A stretch of 46,135 bases of DNA, taken from Octopus bimaculoides. Its lineage: Eukaryota. Where the stretch lies: positions 36,274,247-36,320,381 of the forward strand of contig NC_068985.1 in assembly GCF_001194135.2 (NCBI RefSeq). Direction: 5' to 3'. The position numbers were made by a program, and so were the translations under genes. Position 1 is the first letter of the stretch, and every line of letters begins with the position of its first letter. A model generated the notes under the pieces. The model made no database searches. It had not been told where the DNA came from and was given only the letters and a program-made list of their open reading frames with translations. Below, one piece after another: positions 1-11,290 of the stretch.

Positions 1-983
1 TTGAATAGAACTTATTTTCGATAATTTCAATTGATTTTAATCGATTTAAATTTCTTTTCTATTTGAAAATTGGTTATGAAACACGTGTAATCTTTTTATT
101 ATATTTATCTTATGATATTTACTTTACTTTATATTATACTCATTTATTGTGCTTTTAATTATTAATTTTTCTATATGTGATAGTGGATTTTCATCGATGA
201 GTTCTTGAAAATTGGTTATTTTCCCTAAAACTATATATTTTATATATACTTTATCTATAAGGCTCAATTTAATTTTAATTTTTTATAAATTGATTTTAAT
301 TGAGTTTTTTACCTGTAATTTTGGATTTTGTCCCTAATATTATTATATATATATATATTATACACACATACATACACACAGAAATATCTACCTATCTATA
401 CATGCTCACACACACACACACACACACACACACTACATACATGATTACATGCACAGATGGCTATGAAGTTCAAGTATAATACTGTTGTTATCGATCATAT
501 TGTTGAGTCTAATCGTTTTTACTGCTGGTGTGTTGCGTCTTATTGTTAGGCACAATAATATTGAAAAAAAAGTACCTTTCCTAATCTATAACTTGATAGA
601 CAGCAGTTAGAAGCATATAAAATGTAAACAGCTGTTCAGATTTGCAACAAAAAAAAAAGGAAAAAAAAAAGAAAAGAAAAAGAAAAACAAACTACATATT
701 CAATTCAGTTACCCTCAACATATTTTGAAGAAGGAAAAGCCACTTTGGACAATGTAATATTAGACATGCAAAATGATGAATAGTTACAGTTGAATTACTT
801 TTAACCATGAATCTACTCAATGTGGTCAGACATAAGGTTAAACAACATCTCTAGAATGTTCCTCTATGGAGTAGTGAGTTGTTATTGTCTTAGCTCCAGG
901 TCTGCCCTGCATGAAGAGCCAGTGTTGAATAGCGTCCCAATGATTCAATGTGTTACCTAAGAAAAGTTGATAAAAGTGTTAAC

Positions 984-1166
984 CTGTCTTTTCATATCCA
1001 TGTGTGTATACTTCTGGTGATGACGTCATTGGTGCATGGAATGTTGCTGTTGCCATTGCCGAGTGAGGACGGAGCCCTGTACCAGGTCTGGTCCCTGTGG
1101 ATGAATGGAAGGAAGGTATGTAGGATGTTGCTGGCCGCATTGCTGAGCTGGGTCGAATACCAGAAC
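984..1166 (-). CDS. LRRC56: Probable LRRC56 coding exon 6 (low-complexity SSGIRPSSAMRPATS...RPGTGLRPHSA...)
   Basis: ttttcctctag|GT...ACAG|gttaac; 183 nt, phase 1 to 1, matching the phase of exon 5. GC-rich island in AT-rich DNA with RP(S/G/H)(S/T) repeats. Homology is weak and an intervening exon cannot be excluded. Confidence 0.68.
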
Positions 1167-1351
1167 CTAGAGGAAAATATGTAAAACCTTTTAAGGGCAT
1201 TATGGTACATTAATACACTAAATGTTTTAACATTTAAACTTACAAGAGAATCTCTAGATTATTGCTTAACCTGCAAAAAATAACAGCCCTCAAAGCATAC
1301 CTTACTGTTTCAAATAAAGGGAAAGACACATCAGATATGACATGTTCTAGA

Positions 1352-1585
1352 GAAGGCGGCGAGCTGGCAGAAACGTTAGCACGCCGGGCGAAATGCTTAG
1401 CAGTATTTCGTCTGCCGTTACATTCTGAGTTCAAATTCCGCTGAGGTTGACTTTGCCTTTCATCCTTTCGGGGTCGATAAATTAAGTACCAGTTACGCAC
1501 TAGGGTCGATGTAATTGACTTAATCCCTTTGTCTGTCCTTGTTCGTCCTCTCTATGTTTAGCTCCTTGTGGGCAATAAAGAAATA
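1352..1585 (+). mobile_element. tRNA-derived SINE (family A, Meta/MESC-like central domain) with 19-bp TSD
   Basis: Box A TGGCAGAAACGTTAG, box B GAGTTCAAATTCC, central GCCTTTCATCCTTTCGGGGTCGATAAA. Perfect TSD agatatgacatgttctaga at 1333-1351 and 1586-1604. Confidence 0.9.
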
Positions 1586-1935
1586 AGATATGACATGTTC
1601 TAGACTCACATGGTAGAAGGTATTTGAGTATAGGTTGGTTTATTTGTGCTGGGGTTAAATAACAAAATATATAAACAACAGAGCATTATTATGAAATGAT
1701 AAACATAATTCTATATTGCTGCAATGAAGAATTTATATTATGTATACTGCTTATATTAGTCAGATTGGTATCTTCATCTTGATTGTTACTTTCACTATGT
1801 TTTGGCTGTTGTACACTATATCAAAATTCTGATACAACAACCGAGTTCAACACAGATCAGCTGAAAAAAGCTGGAGCACACAACAGTTGAAATATAATGA
1901 AAGTAACAATCAAGACGAGGAAAGAAGTCTGATTA

Positions 1936-2266
1936 GTGTAAACAGTGTCATTACCAATTCAAATATGCCAGTGGCAAGTTTGAACTCATAAACAAGCCAT
2001 TCACTGTGTTTTGTCATGGAGAAAATTTCTTGCTGTAGATAAATGGTGTAAATACACCTAAGTCAGCTCGTAGTGCCACCTATCCACACTCTGAAATGTT
2101 TGCATCACAGTCTGGATAGGTGACACTGCAAGCTGATTAATGTGTATTTACACCATTTGTCTACAGTGAGAAATTTTCTCCATGACAAAACACAGTGACT
2201 GGCTTGTTTACAAGTTCAAACTTACCACTAGCATATTCAAACTAGTAGTAACATTGCATTTAACAC
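1936..2266. repeat. Foldback (MITE-like) imperfect palindrome, arms about 155 bp
   Basis: For example aaacaagccattcactgtgttttgtcatggagaaaatt pairs with aattttctccatgacaaaacacagtgactggcttgttt; loop near 2090-2110. Confidence 0.88.
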
Positions 2267-2385
2267 ATCACTGCTTAGCCCTCCCAGCTTGTAGTGTAAA
2301 CAGTATACATAAAAATTTATGTACTTCAGAGCAAAAGAAGAAAGTTTAATTCCTATCAATCAATAAAAATTCAAAGCTAACACAT

Positions 2386-2578
2386 AAGAGGCATCAAATG
2401 TGGTGTACAAGAGAGACGACTCTGCTGGTATAGACATGTGATGTGTATGGATGAGGAGAGCTGTGTAAAGAAGTGCTGATCTCTAACTGTGCAGGGAAAC
2501 TGCGGTAGAGGTAAACTCAGGAAGACATAGGACGAGGTGATGAAGCATGGTCTTTGAATGTTGAGCCTCACAGAGGAG
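2386..2578 (+). mobile_element. Decayed RTE ORF2 C-terminal fragment
   Basis: GIKCGVQERRLCWYRHVMCMDEESCVKKC*SLTVQGNCGRGKLRKT*DEV, with stops; homologous to 7601-7792. Confidence 0.82.
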
Positions 2579-3255
2579 TACTCAATCTGATGCTTATTTG
2601 CTAATCTATTGACATGCTTTACACTTAGATATTTACAATAATCAGATTGAAGTGATAAGGAAAATAAAATTGCGCAACATTCATTCTTTCCTGAAAAGTA
2701 TTATAGATATATGTGAAATGACATGTTCTACATCTGACATAACAACCATCAACTACAAATATATGGCACAACTTCATTACATATGTCTCGTTTATCTATG
2801 TTCCTAGCACAGTCAATTCCACTGCAATACTTATTCCTTTTTCTCCTACCTACCCAACCATTGCAGTCATCAGTAATGTATTGTCAGATTTATATATGGC
2901 CAAAAATAATATCTGAAAATTTTTCTTATACTTTTCTTATGTCTCTGGTGTTGAATTCTGTTGGGTCAAAATGTTGAGACCAAGATATTGTTTGATTATC
3001 AATTGTATCCATTTCATTTTATTTGTCGTATATTGCTAACACCCTTGAGAAAAACCCAAAAGTCACCCAATCTTATTTTCTCAATCTAATTCAATTAGAT
3101 TGTATCAAATATCTATGTGCAGTATGTCCTTTCTACGAAACTATAGTCTATTCACTGTGGTTTAGTTTATTTTGATTAAATTTTGGTTAAGTATGAGGTC
3201 AATGAAATATCTTTTATTTTTGAAACTAGATTTGATAATCAAGTTAAATGGACAA

Positions 3256-3993
3256 CTTTTCACATTGAATTCTATTCTTATATGTGACTATTTCAATAGA
3301 AAAAAAATCTATACTAGTTGCTTTTTCATAACCACAAACAGAATTCACTTGTTTAAAGCAAAATATTCTTTACTAGGAAGCTTATGTATTATTCCTTAAA
3401 ATTCACGAAAAAGTATTTTTGAACTTAATCTTTTAACTTAATCTTTTTAACTTAATCATCATCATTGTTTAACGTCCGCTTTCCATGCTAGCATGGGTTG
3501 GACGATTTGACTGAGGACTGGTGAAACCAGATGGCTACACCAGGCTCCAATCTGATTTGGCAGAGTTTCTACAGCTGGATGCCCTTCCTAATGCCAACCA
3601 CTCCGAGAGTGTAGTGGGTGCTTTTATGTGCCACCGGCACGAAGGCCAGTCAGGTCGTACTGGCAACGGCCACGCTCAAAATGGTGTATTTTATGTGCCA
3701 CCCGCACAAGAGCCAGTCCAGGGACACTGGCAACGATCTCGCTCGAAAGTCCTTACACATGCCACGGGCACAAGTGCNNNNNNNNNNNNNNNNNNNNNNN
3801 NNNNCTTTTCACATTGAATTCTATTCTTATATGTGACTATTTCAATAGAAAAAAAATCTATACTAGTTGCTTTTTCATAACCACAAACAGAATTCACTTG
3901 TTTAAAGCAAAATATTCTTTACTAGGAAGCTTATGTATTATTCCTTAAAATTCACGAAAAAGTATTTTTGAACTTAATCTTTTAACTTAATCT
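3256..3993. repeat. Identical 189-bp direct repeat (3256-3444 and 3805-3993) flanking an RTE tail and a 27-N gap
   Basis: Base-by-base identity; explains the duplicated ORF tails LFTLNSILICDYFNRKK... in the ORF track. Confidence 0.92.
3452..3777 (-). mobile_element. RTE LINE 3' UTR/tail with (ATC)n end, running into a gap
   Basis: catcattgtttaacgtccgctttccatgctagcatgggttggacg...gcccttcctaatgccaacc is the same tail that follows RTE ORF2 at 7601-7792. Confidence 0.88.
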
Positions 3994-4399
3994 AAATGCA
4001 ATCTGTTTTGCTTACTGAATCAAAGCTATTAAATAAAATATATAATATTATATTTCCTGTTTCTATTAGAATAACACTTTATTATTCCTAATACATAATG
4101 CTCATATTATCAAGCTTTACAAAGATCTCATAGGTTACAGATCTACAGCCACTAAATTTTTATCAGTAAAATTAATGTCTTCCATTTCCCTCTCTTGCAC
4201 AATGAACACCTTAAACATTTAAACAAAACCCCACTGAGGTGATTGTTCCCAAATTAGCTCCACTGTATGAATATTCTTTTCTATATACATTTTATCTTCA
4301 TAGTTTTTATATATTCTAACCATCCATTTTTTTTTTATCACTCACTATTCCTGAGAGCATCATATGGGTAGAGTCCTCAGACACCTCCTCCATAGAGTC

Positions 4400-4900
4400 T
4401 TATTAAAAGCAACTATTATTAAACTTCCTGTTGGATTCTCAAGCATGACCAGCTGAGACTATGGATATTATACAACCATCTTACCTGTGGCCTATCCTGA
4501 GGTCTCCTGCCAGCTGGACCAACTTGAAGAATATATCTTGCAATCTTTTCCTGCAACAGTCAAACTGTAGTGCTAGAGCTGTGACCTCTCGATCTCAACC
4601 TGACAGATACCCTGATCTCTGAATTACACACCCTGTTCAGTAACATTACTTCAGCGACCATTCAGAGGAACACCATTTCAGCTGCTTGTATTTGCAGTCA
4701 TACTCTTTCAGTCATTATCCAACATTCATGACCATATGTGAGGATAGGTGCAAATGCCAAACTGAAGACAGCAAGTTTGGCTTTTTTACCAATCTCTCCT
4801 CTACTGAAGATCAACTGCTGATGCTAGCACATTACTATGCCAGCGCCTGCAATTCTAGCACCCAGTTCAGCCTACTGCCTCTGTATTACTCATGGATATG
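4400..4900 (-). mobile_element. Decayed RTE-clade LINE ORF2 3' fragment (different family)
   Basis: Minus translation LAFAPILTYGHECWIMTERV*LQIQAAEMVFL*MVAEVMLLNRVCNSEIR...GRRPQDRPQVRWLYNI resembles LYG.E.W...AAEM.FLR...RN.EIR...GRP..RW. Confidence 0.8.
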
Positions 4901-5665
4901 AGACACTTAAACTTCTCCACTTGCCTCAGTGATGTTCCACTAAGATGTTGAGCACACTGGGAAAGCTTTTATAATTATGTGAGTTTTCCTTATCTTTCTA
5001 AATGTATATATTTTAGTCATGCTACTGCATGAATAATTACACAAGGCAAGTAAACAATTATCTTATCTTATCTTATAAATTTGAAGACATGAGGAACATA
5101 TGAAGTCAGTATTTGAGTATAAGAGTACTTAATTATTATTTTTTTTTTTTTCATTCTCAAGATCAGAAACAACTCAATTTACATTCAAAATATCCTGTCA
5201 AAAAGCAAAAGAAAATGGTATTGCCAGAACACAATAAATTATAGATAAGCCAATATGTGTTGCAAGACAGACTTTCCTTAAATACGATTTGACTCTGCAT
5301 AATGATTGTGCTGCACATAGGTCTAATTTCAGCAACTTTACCTGGTTAATGTGAGAAAGAAGGGTATCAACATGTAAAACAAGCTACTGCTGTGCTAAAG
5401 AAAAATAAAAAATAGAAAATGAGAAATAAAAATATTTCACACAACAAAAGTACATTAAAAATGTATATACTTTCAATGTATTGTTTTATGATATTCAGCA
5501 GTTTAAAATAGCTAATGGGGGAGTGTGGAATAAATCTATCCATATCATTGTACAGTGACAAATGATGACGACAACCATGACAATGACAACAGTCACCACC
5601 ACAACCACATTCAGCATCATTATCATCAACAACAATAATAGACACCGGATTATATATATAAAATC

Positions 5666-5975
5666 GTGAAGTATATTTGCCACTTAAATGTGGCTAACCC
5701 TTAAATAAAATATAAAATATTTTATACAAGCTAACCTTTAAGGGTGGATGCCCAATCTGATAGGGCACAGAAAGTGTGTCAATAGCCAGCTGTAGGAGGT
5801 GTCTTCCTGGGGCTACAAGCTACAGTAGCATCCACTGTAAGGGTGGATGCTATTGTAGCTTGTAGCCCCAGGAAGACACCTCCTCCAGCTGGCTATTGAC
5901 ACACTTTCTGTGTCCTGTCAGATAGGGCATCCACCCTTAAGGGTTAGCCACATTTGAGTGGCAAATATACTTCAC
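5666..5975. repeat. Near-perfect long palindrome built from two inverted ~100-bp units plus inverted flanks
   Basis: 5738-5835 pairs with 5843-5940 and 5666-5704 pairs with 5937-5975; 7-nt loop; 33-nt bulge at 5705-5737. Confidence 0.92.
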
Positions 5976-6196
5976 AATGTCGTGCAGCTACTGTGTATAC
6001 TTCATTCAGAGATTTACTATATATATAAAATTCTGCATCTATTATTGCTGCTTATGAAAACAGATTAGTGAATGAATGGAGATGGCATTGTATGGAAAGG
6101 ATCTTTTAGTCTTGTCAAGGGCATGACAATGAAACATATAAGTGAGAAGTGGGCCTCATGAAAAGTAGACATAAAATGGTAAAGATGATGATGATA

Positions 6197-6229
<33 letters not shown>

Positions 6230-6390
6230 ATACGTGCATGTGTATGCACATGTGTGTGTGATGTCTGTTTATATATATTTATCTAGCAATCCATATATGT
6301 GTGCGTATATATGTATAATATATTCATGCTTGCATGCACAAACATATACATTGCCAATGATAGTTGATGCGATTATTATGATTACCATGA

Positions 6391-6559
6391 CCACTCTCTG
6401 AGTGGTTGGCGTTAGGAAGGGCATCCAGCTGTAGAAACTCTGCCAAATCAGATTGGAGCCTGGTGTTGCCATCCGGTTTCACCAGTCCTCAGTCAAATCG
6501 TCCAACCCATGCTAGCATGGAAAGCGGACATTAAACGATGATGATGATGATGATGATGA
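6391..6559 (+). mobile_element. RTE LINE 3' tail, 5'-truncated
   Basis: ggttggcgttaggaagggcatccagctgtagaaactctgcc...gcggacattaaacg(atg)n. Confidence 0.88.
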
Positions 6560-6657
6560 CCACTGCCACTGCTACCAACACCACCACCACCATTGCAGAC
6601 TATCAGCTATCTACAAAAGAACCAACTGACAGTTTGTCAACATTTACAGACACTTAC

Positions 6658-6847
6658 TGGCATCATCTTCAAAAACAGAAAGCAGTTCATCAAAATGGAG
6701 GTCCTGCTGCAACTGTAACAAGTAGTCCCAATCCTCACTGAAGACATTGACATTTTCACTTGGAGTGTCATCACTTATTGGCTTGTCATCAAAATACTTC
6801 AACTGTGGCACACACTTCAATACTGACTGACGGTAGTTGTAATCAGT
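6658..6847 (-). CDS. LRRC56: LRRC56 coding exon 5 (LRR cap, TDYNYRQSVLKCVPQLKYFDD...EDWDYL...)
   Basis: ttgcttctttcag|ACT...GCC A|gtaagt; 190 nt, phase 0 to 1; LRRcap motif YR..V....PQL..LD. Confidence 0.92.
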
Positions 6848-7600
6848 CTGAAAGAAGCAAAGTTAATAAGAAGATTCTTCGGAACATAAAGTGAGGATGT
6901 CTTAAGAATCAGTGCTGATATCTTTTGATGTGACACATAAAATAAAAAAAATAAAAAAATTCTAAGAAGGTGATATAATTGATTGAATAGGTTGATACTT
7001 ATTTTTGTGGATGCTGCTGGGATGACAAATAATATAGATAATATAAATTTGAACTCGGAATAAAGGGGAATGACACTAGAGACTACAAAACAACTCTGAT
7101 TCCTGATGAACTAATGCCATGTATGTTTTAGAGTGTAATGAGTACATACATATGCACACACACACATATACATACATACACAAGTACACATACATAAACC
7201 AATATATACCCAAACCGTCTATGAAAAGAAACTCTCTTCTTGGGGTGCAATTACATGAGGTACCACTTCTTGAGGTACAATCATGTTTAGAGTGGTTACA
7301 ATTGTCTCAAATTTTCGAGCAGGGTAAACAAGAATGTGTAATGTCCATGCCTTTCTCTGGTAGCATAGGTTAAGGGAAAGGCCTAGTCACAGCTTGCTAA
7401 ATACTTACCTCTAGCACCACAGTAATCAGTACCATTCAAATCACTCCTAAATTATCATTCAAAGACTGTGTGGATTATGCCATTTCTTCTGTTTCTTTTC
7501 AGTAAAGTATCACAAGTGTGAGCTTATTAAGTGTCAATACTTTATGATAAATGCAAGAGACGACTTAGATTGGTTCTGGTCTCTAAGTTATAAAATAATA

Positions 7601-8224
7601 GATGAGGATAGCTGCGTGAAAAAGTGCCACACCCAAACAGTTGAGGGAACCCGTGGAAGAGGTAGGCCCAGGAAGACCTGGGCTGAGGTGGTGAGGCAAC
7701 ACCTTCGTACATTGGGCCTCACCGAGGCGATGACTACTGACCGAGACCTTTGGAAATGTGCTGTGCGTGAGAAGACCCGGCAAGCCAAGTAAGATCGTTG
7801 CCAGTGCCCCTGGACTGGTTCTTGTGCGGGTGGCACATGAGATGCACCATTTTGAGCGTGGCCGTTGCCAGTACCGCCTGACTGGCTCCCGTAGGATTTT
7901 CGAGCGAGATCGTTGCCAGTGCCCCNNNNNNNNNNNNNNNNNNNNNNNNNNNNNNNNNNNNNNNNNNNNNNNNNNNNNNNNNNNNNNNNNNNNNNNNNNN
8001 NNNNNNNNNNNNNNNNNNTGGCCGTTTTCGTGCGGGTGACACGTAAAAGCACCCACTACACTCTCTGAGTGGTTGGCGTTAGGAAGGGCATCCAGCTGTA
8101 GAAACTCTGCCAAATTAGACTGGAGCCTGGTGTTGCCATCCGGTTTCACCTGTCTTCAGTCAAATCGTCCAACCCATGCTAGCATGGAAAGCGGACGTTA
8201 AACGATGATGATGATGATGATGAT
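7601..8224 (+). mobile_element. 5'-truncated RTE LINE: ORF2 C-terminus, stop at 7792, repeat-containing 3' UTR, (ATG)n tail
   Basis: DEDSCVKKCHTQTVEGTRGRGRPRKTWAEVVRQHLRTLGLTEAMTTDRDLWKCAV is the typical RTE ORF2 end (G.R.RGRP.K.W...DR..W). Confidence 0.9.
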
Positions 8225-9538
8225 TTATTTATTTATACATGTATATACGCACATACCACACACACACACACACAAATAGGCACATGCATTCCTTATGTTA
8301 ATTTATTTCTTTAACTCATCCTAACACACATGGAAGTATTTCACATTTACAGCTCACATATTTGTATATGTATACAAATACGTATATAGGTATGTGTGTG
8401 TGCAAACAAGTACATATATGAAAAGTGATAGACAATTTATTTCACATATATTTCAAATAAATGAAGTCAATCAAAATATATGTATTTTTGACTTGTATAT
8501 TTGTAATTATCAGTATTCATCAGCAACTAATTAGCTATTCCTGACATCAGGAGAAGCAATGTTAACATTTGCACTTTTCACAAGAGAGAAATGACAATAT
8601 ATGTAAAGTAAAATAAAAACAAGCAAGAATAAAAAGCATTTCACCAATTTGGTATGCTCCAGCTCCAATCTTAATCACTCCAGTATTAAACTACATGCAT
8701 GCACACACACTCATACTTATATACCCAATACAAACACATTTACACAAGCACACACATATACAGCTCGCATAGATGCATAAACATGTACATATCTATATGT
8801 GATTACATTCCTTTTGAAATCATTTTCACAAATGGCTTTTTAGATATTGGCCTCGATATAAGAATTTGAAGTAGAAACAAAGCCTCATGGTGTGTTTTTC
8901 ATGCAAATTGTCTACTGCAGCAAAAGTCTTTCTGAAAATGGGCCCATATGATCAAGTTGAATATAACCGTACAAACCTATAATTTGACCGACACTGCTTG
9001 GTGCAAGTCTAGTTAATTCCAGCTTCACAAAGCTTTGCACACATCAGCAAATTTATTATTTGCTGTTTAAATATAAGAAGAGCAGTTTTTAGTGGGCTGT
9101 GAATGATGGATTTGGTGTGCATAGCAGATAAAATATAATGACACTAAACCACGTGCCCAACAGTCTGATGAGATCATTCGTAACCCTGCTGTGTGTTTTC
9201 ATATTCATTGTCTAAAAGGAGAATTTCTCTCTCAAGACAAATTCTGCAGCAAAGGTTTTTTTCGAATGTTTGAGTGTACATGGATGTGTTAAATATAAAT
9301 GTACACACCTGTATTTCAATCAAAGCAGCTTCATGTACCTCTAATTAATTATATCTCTTGTAATGTCTTCAAAGATTACACTAAGTGATTGACTGAATCA
9401 ACAGCAGAAATAATCTGCCATTTAAAAATTATGCTGGTTTTACTCGACAACAGGATGGTATCAAATAAACACAGTTTATTCTGAAGAGCTCTGCACATAC
9501 CCCAAAATGTTTCTTTTCTCAAGTATTCAGCTACTCAC

Positions 9539-9653
9539 AGATTCTGATTCAGGTGATGCTTTCATGCAAACTGGATTTCCTTGTAATGTTAGGCCTTTGA
9601 GATTCGTACAAAATGACAAATACTGAATTTGTGATATACAGTCAATCTTGTTA
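9539..9653 (-). CDS. LRRC56: LRRC56 coding exon 4 (NKIDCISQIQYLSFCTNLKGLTLQGNPVCMKASPESES)
   Basis: ctttttcag|T...TCT|gtgagt; 115 nt, phase 2 to 0; LRR with the L.L.GNPVC motif. Confidence 0.93.
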
Positions 9654-10034
9654 CTGAAAAAGAGAAAAAGAAACAAAGAATGCAGAAAAGCCCAAAAGAG
9701 AAATTATAAAATTTAAAGTAGTTTCTGTAATGTGTTGCAATGTAAATCTCAATTAATTAGTGAATTAATGATATTATGAACAAGCTCTTTAACAGAAATT
9801 TCTTTTGACAAAGCACAAGGTCAATATATTAATAGTACTTACTTTATTGACCTTGGAAAAACAACAAAAAAAAAACAAACAAAAAAAAAACAGATGCTGT
9901 AATTAACACTACCATCTCATAAATTATATTTTGAATTTCTATTCAGTTACTTGATCTGCAAGAAATAGCAGCCAAACTTCCTGCACTAATATCACTCAGT
10001 CTTTAAAAAGAGGACATATTTTGAGAATGAACAC

Positions 10035-10161
10035 GAAGAAGAAGAAGAAGAAGAAGAAGAAGAAGAAGAAGAAGAAGAAGAAGAAGAAGAAGAAGAAGAA
10101 GAAGAAGAAGAAGAACAACAACAACAACAACAACTACCACAACCACAACCACCACCACCAT
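10035..10161. repeat. Compound microsatellite (GAA)n-(CAA)n-(CAC)n
   Basis: Direct reading. Confidence 0.95.
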
Positions 10162-10424
10162 TCTCTTCCTCATTATTGCCAGCATCATTATCATTTTACA
10201 CCCTTACCCTGTTTTTTTTTCGTTTTTCTTTTAATAATTAAATGGATAGTTCAACTTGGGACTTCATGATTGTGAAGTAAACTCCTTAACCATTCAGTCA
10301 TCTGAGTCTATATGTAGATGTAGTATGGCTGCATAGTTAAGAAGTTTGCTCCATAATCATGAAGCCCTAAGTTTAATCTCATTGCAAGGCACAACCTCAA
10401 TGCATGTCAATAAAAACTCTGTGG

Positions 10425-10705
10425 CTTGGCTCTTCATCGGTTACCACAAGTGTTCCAGATGATTCGATCAATGACGTACCCAGCTCATGAAATTAGCATG
10501 CAAGTGGCTGAGCACTCCACAGACACATATACCCTTAATGTAGTTCTCAGGGAGATTCAGCATGTCACAGAATGTGACAAAGGGCCCTTAAAATTACAGC
10601 TCATTTTTTCCAGCAGAGGAGGACTGGAGCAATGTGAAATAAAGTGTCATACTGCCAGAAACCAAACTCACAACCTTACAATCATGAGCCAGCCAAATAC
10701 CCTAA
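10425..10705 (-). mobile_element. SINE family B, diverged copy
   Basis: Shares gaaattagcatgcaagtggctgagcactccacagacac...gtgacaagg with the 12220 copy. Confidence 0.75.
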
Positions 10706-11089
10706 CTACTAGGCCATGCACCTTCACAAACTTTGTAAATGAAACTAGATAGACAGAAACTGGGTAGAAACCTGTCACATGAATTGTATGAGTAATTCAA
10801 AGCTTTAGTCTTGTCACATTGTTTCATGATCACTCTACTTGAGAAATGCATTAAGGGTATGCATGTCTGGAATGTTCAACCATTTACATGCTACTTCAAG
10901 ACAGGCAGTTCAGCTGATCAATAATTGAATGCTTGTTGTTGAACTTGACAGAAATTCAGGACTTTTAGGTACAGCTGTGGCTCTAGGTGCTGGTGTGGCT
11001 GTGTGGTTAATATATAATATATATATTGATGTACATACAAAAGTAGCATTAATTTTTTATGACATGCATACAACATAATGCCAAAGGTT

Positions 11090-11290
11090 TCGGTCATTGC
11101 CCTCTGTGAGGCCCAACACTCAAAAGGAACTCAACCATTTTGCCTCCGTGAGGCCCAATGCTCGAAAGGAACTCAGCCACTTTACCTCCATGAGGCCTGG
11201 TGCTCAAAACGAACTCAGTTACTTTGCCTCCATGAGGCCCTATGCTTGAAAGGAACTCAGCCACTTTGTCTCAGTGATGCTCAATGCTTG
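11090..11290. repeat. 42-bp minisatellite, about 4.5 copies, upstream of an old RTE-like tail
   Basis: Unit approximately ctttgcctccgtgaggcccaatgctcgaaaggaactcagcca; followed by gacaggacgggtgtctggccatagaaaa. Confidence 0.8.

Noticed and set aside
3521-3817. Recurrent peptide MKPDG.TRLQS.LAEFLQLDALPNANHSESVVGAF in many ORFs, suggesting a gene family
   Set aside because: It is the antisense reading of the RTE 3' UTR/tail, with no splice structure or independent coding evidence.
5342-5394. AG/GT-bounded 53-nt minus-strand segment in LRRC56 intron 5
   Set aside because: In-frame stop and phase mismatch with exon 6.
7401-7446. Strong minus-strand donor (AG|GTAAGT) in LRRC56 intron 4, a possible extra exon
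   Set aside because: The nearest acceptor gives 38 nt with an immediate in-frame TGA. It could only be a poison exon and there is no support without RNA data.
9160-9200. CTGATGAG hammerhead-like cores (also near 17999 and 33238)
   Set aside because: No downstream GAAA with compatible stems was found by eye.
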